This document shows, one piece after another, positions 37,141-51,300 of a stretch of DNA of 64,000 bases. The stretch is from Eledone cirrhosa (taxonomy: Eukaryota). A program made the position numbers and the translations under genes. How positions within the stretch are numbered: position 1 is the first letter of the stretch; each line of letters starts with the position of its first letter. Location: the NCBI GenBank assembly GCA_964016885.1, contig OZ024740.1, positions 395,870,001-395,934,000 of the forward strand. The letters are read 5' to 3'. The notes beneath the pieces are model-generated. The model made no database searches. It saw nothing but the letters and a program-made list of their open reading frames with translations, and was not told the origin of the DNA.

Positions 37141-37464
37141 GATGAGGCCCTCAAAATGTTTGGGCAACACAGCCTAGTCACGGGACTCTGGATAGTCTAA
37201 CATAAACCAAGCATTTGAGTTTACAAATGATTAAGTCATCTATACGAAGAGTTTACTAGAACCTGTATAGAGGGCTGACTCGGAGCATATGCAATAACTT
37301 AGAAATCGATAGGTAATTCCTAAGTATAAAAAGGCGTTGATATGGCTCAATTGCCTCAAATTACTAAGTAATTGCTCGAAATAATTTTTTTTTTTTAATA
37401 TTTTTTTTTCATTTTCGTGTCATAAGTTATATTCCAATTAAATAGATTTTTCATTTAAAATAAT

Positions 37465-37670
37465 AATGGTTTCTGATTTAGGCACAAGGCCAACAATTTG
37501 AAGGAAAGTCGATTAAATCGACCTCAATGCATTACTGGTACTTTATTTGATCGACCCTGTAAGGATGAAAGGCAAATTTAACCTCAGCGTCATTTGAACT
37601 CAGAACGTAAAGGGGCGTAACCCTATGCCGTGAAGCATGGTGTCCAACGCTCTACCGATTCTGCCAACAA
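37465..37670 (-). mobile_element. Second tRNA-derived SINE family (other copies near 31050-31230, 31600-31740, 43770-43905, 45380-45860, 48610-48715, 55835-56050, 62620-62770)
   Basis: GGCAGAATCGGTAGAGCG A box, TTCTGAGTTCAAAT B box, TTTGCCTTTCATCCTT...GTCGAT..AAATAAAGTACCAGT core. Confidence 0.8.
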
Positions 37671-37973
37671 TTCTGTAGAGTTTATATATGGGAAGCACCA
37701 TAATCGTTTAAGTGATTAGAGCCTGAAAATGGCTTTGTCTGTCCCTGCGTAGAAAAGAGAGATTTGCTGTGTAGGCAACTGCTGGTCATCCATAAAAAAA
37801 AACTTCCATAGACCTGCGTCATAGAGAGGTGTGTTCCAGATGCAGATACATAGTCAACCCTGACCAGCTGAGGACTTAGAATATATACAGGACATAATTT
37901 TCTATGGCACCGTAAAAGCGATGAGATCAGAGCCTGTTTTGTTTCAGGGTATCGTATAATGTAAACAAATATA

Positions 37974-38040
37974 ATGAAAACACACATTGTTATATTCCTC
38001 ACTTTATTCCATGTTTGGCTTCTTTATATAATTTGCCATG
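37974..38040 (+). CDS. GNPTG: GNPTG coding exon 1 (signal peptide)
   Basis: [22 protein letters not shown](G) with a GTATGT donor in the phase exon 2 requires. Confidence 0.75.
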
Positions 38041-39230
38041 GTATGTGTATATTAATCATGCAAATCAGTTCATTTTTTTATGTAATACAATACTCGATGA
38101 TATTTTATGTAGTACATCATTCGTTTATATTACAGTCGGAAATTCAAAAGAGAAAACAATATAAACACGAACATCATTACATTTTCTTAAAAAACAAACA
38201 ATAATGCTACAAATATGTACATTTAATGTTTTTAAGTATAAAAGTACATTTAACAAAGATGGTATGGTTTAATCCAATAGAGTAATGACTCTACCAAATA
38301 GTTCTTGTATTTCCTGTTGGTCTCTACGATATTTAATCTAATCAAACAATACATATTTTATGCTTACAAAACATTAAATATACAAATTTGAAGCTCTGTT
38401 TTTAACGCTATACGTGTTTGTGTTGTATTTTGGTTTCGAAGAGGCTATGTAGTCGGTGAGTGTCAGATACCATGAGTTGCGGCCCGAATTAAGACAATTT
38501 GAAATCTTTTTCCACCATAAATTGTTATAAAACAAGTTAAAATCATTTAGTCGTCCATTCGTAACTTACGTTACGCTTTAGTTACATTTACACACATCTA
38601 CACGTAAATATATAAACAAATACAGACAACAGAAGGAAGGGGCTGGTGAAACGTTATAGCGATGTGTGTTGCGTTCCTTTAAGGTTTGCCGGCTACGTAG
38701 CCTATTCGTTTTATTTTGACTTTACAACCGTATGATACAGGATCTTCGATTATTAATGTTTTACTTTATTTCCTCTATATGTATACCTCACTGTTATTGC
38801 TATTAAAGCACATGTCGCTGATCAGTAGACCTATGATCAAAGGCATTCCAGCCATGACCATCCTGTCATTTTGTATATCTGAGACTACATTGTCCAAAGT
38901 TTTCTTCTAAACCGGTAGATCGTGATATAAGAGAGATTTAACCTCTATTTTTAGCAGGTCGAGCTGTCCTACAGAGGCTCCTTCGTTGTCTGGTGTATAC
39001 TTCCTTGTTTATATATATATGTGTGTATATATAAACTGATACGTGCATATATGTATGTGTACCTGTATGCATATGTATGTATATATATGTGTATATATAT
39101 ATATATATATATGTGCATGCTACTGTACGTCTGTATACATATATGTATGTACGTGTACATGCATACTTACATTTAAGTAAGTGCCATACTAAGAGTGAGA
39201 AATGAAATTTCGTTTTCATTTTGTTTCAAT

Positions 39231-39269
<39 letters not shown>

Positions 39270-39271
39270 TA

Positions 39272-39329
<58 letters not shown>

Positions 39330-42300
39330 AGGCTATATGTGGGGAGGAGAATAAGTATGCAAATTGAACATTGATGAGGTGAGAATATTAAAACTAGGGA
39401 CAGTAAATAGAGGGATAAAATGGTAGTTGCAGGCCAGTGATCGCTACACGTTGTTTCATCCTGTGCATATGGGAAGGCAGATCTTTTGCAGTACAGCACA
39501 ACACTAGAGAATATATATACATACACACAGTGTAATTACAAACCTAATTACCTAATTGTTATCCATTGCCTCACCAGAAAGCTCTTTAGTTAGGAAATTA
39601 TCTTGTGTTTCAATTGTAATTTCTACTTGCTTTCTTTTCTAAAAGAAATAATTTGAAGTAAATACCTATTTTAACAAATCTACAAAAGCTAATTCTATAT
39701 ACTTACAGTCATTAGCTACAAAAGAACCACGTTAATTAAACGAGAATTGAAATTCGTTTTTGAAAGCAACGTTATTTGTTCTAATAGAACAATGGCCATG
39801 TTAGATCTGAAAAAAAGGAAATGACATTATTAACGAGTGGCAACAATTATTGTAGTAATAAGGAAATACAATAACATGAATGTTCCAGAACAATAGTGCT
39901 AATACAACAGTTACTGGATAAGAGGTTTTGTTTTTTAGCTCCATGTCAGCTCTTAGTGGACAGACTTATTATCAAAGACGCTCCAGCCATGACCACTACA
40001 TCTTTTTTCTCAGGCAGATTGTAGATAAAACTATAATAGCTAATGTGTCCTTTTATTTTTTAAACTAACAGGCTGTGATTAGAGGGTGATTTGGTCACTA
40101 TTTCTTGTATGTCAAGTGTCTTATGTAGGGGTCATTAGCTGGTCATGCTAGGAGTAGAATAGTTCAGTTTTTAGGTGTAATTGGAAGAACACCAAATTAG
40201 ATACTTTAGGAAATGCCATTTCACTTGAAAGTGCAATAAGGGTCAGTTACCCCTCCTACTCTTTCTCATTTTTATCAATGAATGACCATTCTATTAGCAT
40301 TAACTTTACTTCTTATGACTAGTCAGATGTGGTTCTGAGCCATCAGCTCAAAACTTCAGTTATAATCTACTACAGACATTTTGATAGTGTTTGAGGAGTA
40401 CACTTATTTCTAGATATCTCTGTTTAGCTAGATATCTGAAATATACACCAAATCATATGTCAGTGCTATCCATGATAGCACTGACATATGATTTGGTGCA
40501 TATTTCACTAAACATCACTTTATAAAAGTTCTTCAGAGCCTAGAAGAGGTTTACATTCATACCTATACAGAAGTACAACTCTCTTTTATAAGCAATATCT
40601 ACCAGTTACCTCCCTCTTCTATCTAGAAGCACATCTACCTTATCCTTCAATGTAGATCTGAGCTTGGTGTTAATGACATCTAGCAAGGGTGGGGTACCTT
40701 TTTTCATGAAGAATTTAATTTTTAAAGGACCTTCATCATAACATGTGCTATATACAAGAACTTTGTTTTCTCCACAATCTCAGGAAATCTCGTATTATTT
40801 TAATTTTCAAAACTATGTAATATCTTATCTACCAGGCCTTTAAACTTCATCCATAGTTAATCTTTACTGATTATGGATAGTTAAGGTGATGCCAGTGAAA
40901 GGAAGCTGCAGTAGAAGGATACCACGAAAAACTTGAACAGATGGTTAGAGTTGATCTCAAAACGCTGAACCTCACAAAAGAAATTATGAAGGAACACTGC
41001 GAGTGGAGGCAGGCTGTAATGAAGATGGCTCATCAAACATATGCAAGCATGGAAAAGCAGGCATAAAATTCTTATAGTGATGAAGTTGAAGTTAAAGATC
41101 ACTTGTTCTGCTTCAGCTATGTTTACTTACTTTTGGCTAAGATATATCCACCATAGATATAAAGATAACCATATCTTAAAACCAGCTAGGCATAGAATTT
41201 CTGCTAGGCACAACCTATCATCTTTAAAGTGAGATAGTGTATATAGCTGACAATTTACTTTTTTTTTTCTTTTTACAGGCAGAAACACCTTTGATGTAAA
41301 ACTTGTGGAAGAACCTTCAGGTTTATGGTGAGTAAGAAGATATTGATTTGCACAAACCAACTTATTTTACTTTTGAACAGTTTATACTCACTAATTGCTG
41401 ACCTAGACCATCACTAGTTTTTCCTTGGATCCTATTGTTTACTTTGTATTTAACTCTTTCACTCTGATTGCAAGATATATAATGAAAAGAAGAACATTGA
41501 AGACCAGAGTGTACCATCACCACCACCTATGACACCGGACTCTATTACAACCATGGAATTTACACCTGCAATGCTGCGACGTCACCTAAAAAATAAACGC
41601 AACCATGCCTCTCCTGGTCTTGATGGTGTTACGTACCTGCTTCTTAAACGTGGTGGGTACTTCCTTCTACACCAGTTATCACGCTTCTTCCAATTCTGTC
41701 TGAACAACAGTGCTACTCCAGAACAGTGGAAAACTGCCAGTGTAATTCCTCTGTTCAAAAAGGGTGACCGCACATCACCTGTGAACTATCGTCCAGTCAG
41801 TCTTACTAGTTGCATCGCCAAACTGATGGAATCCTGTGTCAGAGAAACACTTTGGAACTTCTGGAGCTCTCACAGTCTTATCCGGCCCTCGCAATTTGGA
41901 TTTATCCCCAACTCCAGCTGCTGTGATCAACTTATAGAGTTTCTTGAGGACATCACCCGGATCACTGATGGCGGCTCATGGGTGGATGTTGTTTACCTTG
42001 ACTTTGCGAAGGCCTTCAATTCTGTGCCGCACAAAAGGCTTATGGCAAAACTCTCTGCAATGGGTGTGAAGGATGATCTTTTTAACTGGTTGAAGTCCTT
42101 CATTCTCAGTCGAAGAGAGGTAGTCACGGTTCTGGGACAGCATTCCTCACCATATGAGATGTCATCTGGTGTACCTCAGGGATCTGTTCTTGGCCCCCTT
42201 TTGTTTGTGGCATATATTAATGACATAGATGCCAACTTAAGGAATGCCACAGTACTAAAGTACGCAGACGACATCAAGCTGTACCTTGAGATAAAAAGGA

Positions 42301-45300
42301 CAGATCCTGAACACTATAGATCTTGCTTGCAGTCTGACCTGGACACAATGCAACAGTGGATCTCAGACTGGCAACTCAAGCTAGCTGTGGACAAGTGCAC
42401 CACCATGCATTTTGGGAGTAAAAATCCAGCGTCCACATACTCCCTCCACAGCACTAATATCAAGAAGTCTTCCTGTGAACGTGACCTGGGCATTACGGTC
42501 AGCAGCGATTTGCGTTGGACGAGGCACGTCTCTAAAATTGTCAAGAGGGCCGAGGGTGTCTTAGCATCACTCAGCAAGACCTTTGTCAGCCGCTCTCCAG
42601 ATATCTATTTAAGGCTGTATACAGCTATGGTGCGACCACACTTAGAATTTGCATCACCAGTCTGGAACCCCTATCTTGCTCAGGACATTGACCGCCTGGA
42701 AACTGTTCAGAGACGTGCAACCAAGCGAATACCCTCCATCAGGCATCTACCATACTCTGAGCGCCTTGCTTCCCTGGGCATGGATTCATTGAAGCTCCGA
42801 CGCCTGGCAACTGACTTGGTAAACACCCACAAAATTGTTAACCATGTTGCCAACAACAACCCTGAGTGCCTTTTCGATTTCCATGTGTCTAACACACGTG
42901 GACATGCCCACAAAGTAAGAAAACAGCACAGTTCCCATGACTTTCGGAAACATTTTTTCACGCTCAGAGTTGCTGAAGCATGGAACAAACTACCTGCATC
43001 AGTTGTTAGCTGTCGAGACACTGCATCCTTTAAGGCCTCCATGCTTCCCGAGATCCGCCAACACTACAGCTAACACATACAAACATGTACTTCCCTGACA
43101 TTTGTGTATTATTCTATGTACTATATTGACAAGTTGTAGTGCACCTGAGCACTTTACACAATAATTTCATTATTATTAAACTAAAAGTGTTAAATATGTG
43201 TTAGGTCTTACACTTTATTATCTGTTGTTTTGCATCAAAAAGATTCCTACAAGAGTTCAAATTCTCCCAATCATTTTCCATTTTATCTCTAACCAAGCTA
43301 CTTTACTTTATTTGATTCTGCCCACCAAACTAAAAATATATAGGTAACATTCCTATTTCCTGTTTACCTTAATAAGTCATTAAAATATCCAAATTATTTA
43401 ATCAACATAAAGGCTCCCATGTTGACACAAAGACCAATGAACCAAAACAAGAAGAGATGGAACAGAGAGAGAGTTAGTGGTGGAAAAGTAAGAATGGCTT
43501 AGGAACAATAAATCTGGAGAGTGAGAGAGAAAATAACTATGTGACAGAGGAAGAAACAAAGCTTGGTAAAAGAAAATCACTCACTGAGAACACCTGGAGT
43601 GTTGGTATTCCAATGGAATATCATTTTCCTTTCTTTGTGTCTATGAGTATCACAAGATTCATTGTTTAAAGTGACACAGTTTAGTATTATACAAGCTCTC
43701 AAGTCCTCGAATTTACTGAGGTAGTGAAAAGAGACTGTATGATATTTATGCTTTTTTCTAAGCAGAAAATTGGCAGAGTCATTAGTGCATTAAATTAAAG
43801 GCCTTGCAATAATTGTTCCATCTCTCTGTTCCCTGAGTTCAAATCCTGCTGAGGTTAACTTTCCCTTTCACCCCTTCAGAGATCAATAAGTAAAGTACCA
43901 GTCCAGAGCAGTACATTAGGAGGTTGTTAAAGCATTGAATGGGAGGGATTGAATATTGTATGCAACAAAAAAGAATGTGCTGATACAGACACGTAATGTC
44001 TATGGATGATGATCCTTAGGTAAAGAATTGCCAGCAGTTATGAGTGGAAGGAAGATGTGGTAGAAGTAAGCCAAGGAAGTTCTGGACAGAAGAAGTGAAA
44101 GCTGATCTCAGGAAGCTGAACTTCACAAAGGAAAGAGACAAGTAGAACAATGCTGTATTGAATAGGATTTACCTAGCCTCTTCAAGCATGGAAAGGCAGA
44201 CGAAAAAAATTATGATGATCGTACATACAAATGCATATACAACAGGCTTCCAAACAAATTTCACTCACAAGGTATTGGTCAATCCAAGGTGCTGTGCAAA
44301 GGGATTGAAGCCAAATTCACATGGTTGCTAAATAGACTTCTTAACCATACGGCCATACTGTTCTCTAATTTAGCTAAATTCATGTTATGAAACATTTTTC
44401 AGGAAAAATATAAATTTTAATTAGCAAGAGCCTTACATTTAATCTACAATACCTGCACAGTTTTCAACAGTAAACAGAATTCTTTGATTTCATTTTGCTA
44501 TTTATATTTTCTATATCTTATTTTGAATCATTGGAAATTTCCTTTGATAAAGATCATTATAAAAGATTTATTTTGTTATATTTTATTTTATTTATTACTT
44601 AAATCATTTATTTTATTATTCCATCTACAGGAATCATAATGATGAAGACAAACCTCTGGTCATGCAAATAAATCCAGCCAACTTCAGTGGACCTCCTCAT
44701 TTTAAGTCTCTTGTTGGCCAATGTTTCAATAAATCAGATAATACGTAAGTTGATCTTTTTATATCCATTTTTTTTATTTTTTGCCCTATGCAAGCATGAG
44801 TAGGGTGGAATGTTTTTCTTTATTTAGTGTTCAATTTTTTATATACCTGTACAATTCTTCCTAGTAATTCTAACCACTCAGTTGTAAAGTAGGTGTAAAT
44901 TGTGTTTGAAACTGAAACACAGTTATGAGCTTTACCAGTTTTGCAGCTTTTATCAGAATGAGTGCTCTTGTTGCATTGAAAGTGGGGAAGGAAAGCATAG
45001 TGGCCACTTGAAATGAAGCAGAACCTGTGAGTTCTTGTTTAAATTCAGCTTTCATTGAGCAGGCCTATCATCAAAGACATTCCAACCCTAACCATTCTGA
45101 TTTTATATATTTATGACTGCTCTATCCGTAGGGTGTGATTTGAGGGAAATTTGAATGCTATTTCTAGCAAGTTTAGATTCACATGTAGGCTCCCTTGTTG
45201 GATTGGGTATACATCTGTAGATCACTTAAGACTATACTATAGTACTTGCATGTGATTCAAAATATAATAATTTAACTTTACAGCCATTGAAGTTTGTAAA

Positions 45301-48300
45301 TGCATGATGCAATTTTGATGCCAAGAATAAATGTAAATGCTCTGTAATCTTTTATTTTCATGCTGTTTGTTGACTAATTGGCAGAGTCATTAGAACGTCA
45401 GATAGAATCATCATCATGATCATCATTTTTACGTCCGCTTTTCCCTGCTTGCAAGGATGGGACGGGACTGATTCTGGCTTGATTTCTACAGCTGGATGCC
45501 CTTCCTAACACCAACCTCATTTACAGTGAGTGCTGGGTGCTTTTTTGCCATGGCACCTCCACGACCACTTAGCAGTGGAATGATAGGGACCCCAGTCCCT
45601 ATCATCTCATTTCTACAGCTGAGTAAACTGGATCAATGTGAAATAAAGTGTCTTGCTCAAGGAAACAACACATCACCAGGTCTGAGAATTGAACTCACAA
45701 CCTTTCGATTGCAAGGCCAATGCTCTAACCACTAAGCCATGTGCCTCCAGAATGCTTTATGGTATTCTTTCTGGCTCTCTGCTCTCTCAGTTCAAATCCT
45801 GCCAAGGTCAACTTTGCCTTTCATCCTTTCAAAGTCGATAAAAGAAGTACTGGGGTAGATTCTTCCTCTATACCTCTTTCCCATTTCCACTCTCTCACTT
45901 TCTATCTTTCTCTGGAAGAAATCTGCTGTACTCAGGCCTGGAAAGGGATGGGCTCCACCAGGCTAAAAATGCCCAAGAAACGCTGGATGTCAATACGGTG
46001 CCCCTACAACTCTGTCGGGTGTTACGGGACCATAAATATGTTGTCTTATTAACTAGTCAAACCCCAAGTACATCCTGCTCCAATATATTATCTGATGTTA
46101 GAAAACATAAAAGTACAAAAGGTAAGAGAAGTCAAACAGCACAATTGGATATCACAGATTTGACCTACCAAATGCTTACATCAACTCTTCAGAACCTTTT
46201 TTTATTTCAGTTTTTTTTTTATTTCTTTATTTATAAATATTTTCTTTTTGTTTGTTTTTAGTGTTTAAAATTTTTTTAATGAATATTATTATAGATACCA
46301 GTATAAATTCTGTCCATTCTTCAATGTAACGCAACATGAACTGTCTTTGAGATGGAATCCTTACAATGGTATACTTGGGTAAGCTGTTATCCACATCCAA
46401 TCAATAATCATGCTCAAATTTACAATTACCACTCTGCACTTAATATCAATACTTTGTCACCTCATTACCACCAATCACTTAGTAAACTTGATGGATTTTC
46501 CATCAGTTTTTGACGATAAACATTTAGTTATCCAAAAAATTGAATGTTTTTCTTTTTCTTTACCCACATATTCCTGAGAAGGTTGTGCAGTCAGAGTCCT
46601 CAGACACACCTTCCAGGGGGTCCTATCAGAAGCAATCATGTCCAAATAACCTGGCTGGATTCCTGAGCAAGACCAACTAAGCTTTTGGATGTTACCCAAC
46701 CATCTTTCTCATGGGTAACCTGCCAGTTGGCTTTTCTTATAAAATCTGTCCAGTAATTTTATCCATAGACTCTCTGACCATCTGTCCTTCTTGAGCCTCT
46801 TTGAGGTCCTGGTATATGCAGCCTTTGTGTGTCCATTCAACTAAATGTTCTACTCATTAAATTTGTATGTGTCTGAGTATTCCATAGACTTATTTAACGT
46901 TACTATGATTCTCAGGCAGAATCAGCATAACACTATGCGATAAGACTGGGCCTTTCAATTACAAATACATTCCATTTGAGTCTTGTTTATCCAATTTCAC
47001 TCACAAGGCTTGAATTGACATGACGCTATGGTGAAGGACACTTGCTCAAGATGCCACACATTGAGATTGAGTCCAGAACCTCTTGATTGCAAAGTAAAAT
47101 TCTTAGCCATTCAGCTATGCCTGCATCAATTAAACCTATATAAGGTGTTTATGATAAATTACATTGAATGAATATTATATGGTGGTCATGCTTACTACAT
47201 CTGTATGCATATGTGAATAGAGATCAGCTATAAGATCTCATTTCTTAATAAGCACCTGTCCTCAGAACACGAAACATTACAGGATATGTATCAATAATCC
47301 ACACATTTTGTGTATTAAAAGGAGCTGCCATATATGTTAGAAAATTGTGAAATACTATTGATTCTTATTTATGTCTCTGTTAACCATTAATAATTAGTTT
47401 GTAATGAATCAAGACAATCAAAGATTAAAGCTAAACCATCAAAAAAGAATCAAGAAATACAAGCAAAATAAGCCATAAAATAGTGGTGGTCAGAGACACG
47501 GAGGTACATCTGCATTGGGTTTCTTACCCAATATGTCCCTCTTAAGTCCTCATATCCCTCACTCTTACTGCCTAACCCTTATACTAACTACACCATACGG
47601 CCCATGTAATCCAAAGATGGCTTTGAATATACCATTCTCTCTTCCCCACCAGGACACTTACCCACCCATGCTCCTATTTTCTCCACAATACTACCCACTT
47701 AACAAGAAATGTCTTATTCCTACCCATATTCAACATCCATCACCACCACCACCACCATTAAATCAATGCTTGTTCGGTAATCTATTTCTTATATTCACGT
47801 ATCACTTGTATTGTATTTTCAGTGTGTGGCAGAATTGGGAAATTGTTAACAATACATTTACAGCTATGTTATTGAAGGAAGGAGATAAATGTGGTACTGT
47901 CTCACGTGTGACACGGGTAAATATAATACTATGAAAATTTGAAATTCTCTCTCTCTCTCATATAGTTTTTTTCTCTTTAAATGAGACAACAACGATCATT
48001 AATTTGTTTCTTTGTTGGTAGCAGGAGAAGGTGATGCATAGTGTTCAAGATTATTCTAGCTACATTAACAGGAATTCTTATATTTCATACAGGTTATCTT
48101 TGAATGTGCTCCAAAACATCTCCTGAAAAATGTCTCAGAACCTCGAACATGTGAATACCTGTTTATATTCCAAACACCTTTTGTATGTCATCCTAATGCA
48201 ATGTTGGTTTACCCAACACTAGATGCTAATTTAAGAGATGCTTGGGATGAGCTAGAGGGACAATATGTTCGTGAGGAAATCACTAAAAAGGTGAATACAG

Positions 48301-51300
48301 TTTATATTGGTTTTGTTGCTATCTGTTTCTCTTTCAATTGATGTAGTAGATTTTTTTTTGCTTAGTCAGGAAGGGAAAGGCAGCACCCATGACTGTTTTT
48401 TTACAGGGCCTCTGAAATTGGTTGGAGTAATGGAGGAAATCATCTTTGGACAAGAAGCCTGGATCAAATACTTGAAACAGAGTGAACTTCACTAGAGACA
48501 CCCCAGGAACAGGTGGGGATGTTAAAATAAGTGATGGATTAAATCTGCCACTCGAGAACTCAGGACAAATACCACAAGGTATCTTGTTCATAAATCCATT
48601 GCCATGAACTTATACAAAGTTGACTTTGGTGAGATTTGAACTCAGTGTGCAATGAGCTGGAAGAAATACAGCAAAATATTTTGTTAAATGCTTTAACAAC
48701 TCTGTCAATTCACTACCTTTTTTTAAAGTTAGGAGGAGGAGTTGCGATATTAGTGACATTGGGTATTTGAGGATAACTTTCTCTTACATGTAATGAGGTT
48801 AATATAATTGACAGTTTCCTCCCCAACCCAAAATAAATATTTGTGAGTATGAGCTTATCTTTGAAAGATGAACATTTCTGTATTGCAGGGATACAACAAA
48901 GAACTGGTGAAGATATTTCAGAAAGCTGGTTTCATTCAAAGTAATACAAAGCAAGCATCTAATGATGCAGCAAGTAGCAGTAGCAGTAACAATACTGGAA
49001 ATGGTTTATTCACTTCACTTGAGCAATGTTCAGCAGTAGGTTACTTATTCTACTATGTTTATTAGTGAGTGCAGTATAACTGAATGGTTAAAAAGTTTGC
49101 TTCCCAATCATTAGATCTCGGGTTCAATCCCATTGTCTGGCATATAGGTCAAATGTCATTTACCATAGCCTTGAGTTGCCCCATGCTTTGTGAGTGAAAT
49201 TTTGTAGATGGAAACTGTTTGAAAGTCTGTCGGATGCGCTGTACCTGTAATTCAAAGAACCAGCCTTGTCACACTGTGTCATGCTGATCCTCCCTGAGAA
49301 TTACATTAGGGTTACACATGTCTGTGGAATGCTCAGTCACTTACACATTAATTTTGTGAGCAGGCTGTTCCATTGATCGAACAACTGGAACACTCATCAT
49401 CAAAACCAACAGAGGTCCATTCCTAACTATATTTATTCTCAGGTCAACTCTCATCCTGCAGGCCTATAATCAAAAGTGCTGCAGACATGACCATCTCCTT
49501 TTTTTTTATCAGACACGGTGTAATCTAAGATTACATTGCCCAATATGCCTTTTCCTTTCAAAATGATTGCGATTTTGCTGCTATTTCTTGTATATCAAAT
49601 AACCTTTGTAATACTTTCTCTATTCTGTCTTCTGGGACCATGAGAAATCATGGGGTTCTGTACTTCAGAGAAGTGGCGAGGATGAACTGTGACAACCTTT
49701 CATTGATTGGTTTGTGCTGTTACTGTTGGCCACTACATACAAACTCTATACACTATACCAATAGTTTTGCACAATCGAATCAGAATAATAACTTTTCTCA
49801 TTTTCAGTGTAGAAGCTTTCTCTGCACAGATTTGCTTCCTTGACTACAACAGATTTTTGCAACTTAGATTCTCTTTTCTCACAACTTCATTTTTGTGCGT
49901 GAATATGCTTGATACTCAATGTGTATACCAATTTTTACAATATGTGCACTGTAAACCTGCATGTCATACGAAATGTCTAAATGGGTTGATGTCAAAAGAG
50001 ACCAACTGTAAAACCCTATTATTTTTGTGGTAGTAGTAGTTCTGCTGTTGCTACTACTACTACAAACCAGTGTGTTAGGTTATTTTATATAGAGTTATAA
50101 TGATATTTAATTGTGGACATCTGAATATATTTATTTATTTGTAGGCATTTCACTTACTTCAAGCAGAAATTGATGGTTTACGCACTTTATTGATGCTGAA
50201 AGAAGTGAAGAGCAGTAAGTCTTAATTTCAATATCAGTGAATATATGGAAGTGTGTATGTATTGTGTATGCCAGTTGCTACAAATATTTTATCATCATCA
50301 GCATCAAACGTCCATTTTTCCTGCTAACAATAGTTAGAGAGATCTTCATAGACCGAGTCAGTACTTAAGCGAGGCTACTGACCCCTCCGATGGGTAGAGG
50401 GCCTGTGTCTTGCTTATATACAATCCTACACTCTACCAAGTACATTTTATCATAACACTAGCATTAAGGAGGCTGTTATGTTTTTGATATAACCGAAAGA
50501 TCTTCCCAACCCTTTGCTGGCAAGCTTTCTATAGCTTGATGCCATTCCTATCATCTACTACCTTAAAACATGTAATGGGTGTGTTTATCATGTAACTCAC
50601 CAACACTAGCAAGATTATCATGTCTATGACACAACTGAAAGGTCCTCCCAACCCTTTGTATGGCTTGATGCCCTTCCCATTACCAACCACTTTACAGTTT
50701 GTACTGGGTGCATTTCATCATCATCATCGTTATCATTTAACATCTATCTTCCACACTAGCATGGGTTAGACGGGAGTTGTCCCACTTGAGACAAGATTGG
50801 TCGGGTGACCGTATCTCACTCGTATCATATAGATCACCAACACTAATGAGGTTACTGTGCCATTAACACAACTGAAAGGTCCTCTCTTCCCTTTTTGGTA
50901 TGATATCTACAGCAGTGTGCCTTTCCTGTCATCAACCACCTTACAAGGTGCACTAGGTGCATTTTCATGGCACCAACACTTGAAAGCTTGTCAGTTATTA
51001 TCGACACTATTTATAAAAAGTGAACGATGATATTGTTTATGTCCCCCATATACAAGACATTCTACAATGTAGCAGCTCGGTGACCATTTAGAAGTCCAAT
51101 TAAATGATAATAAATAATAATAATAATGAAATTATTGTGTAAAGTGCTCAGGTGCACTACAACTCGTCAATATAGTACATAGAATAATACACAAATGCCA
51201 GGGAAGTACATGTTTGTATGTGTTAGCTGTAGTGTTGGCGGATCTCGGGAAGCATGGAGGCCTTAAAGGATGCAGTGTCTCGACAGCTAACAACTGATGC

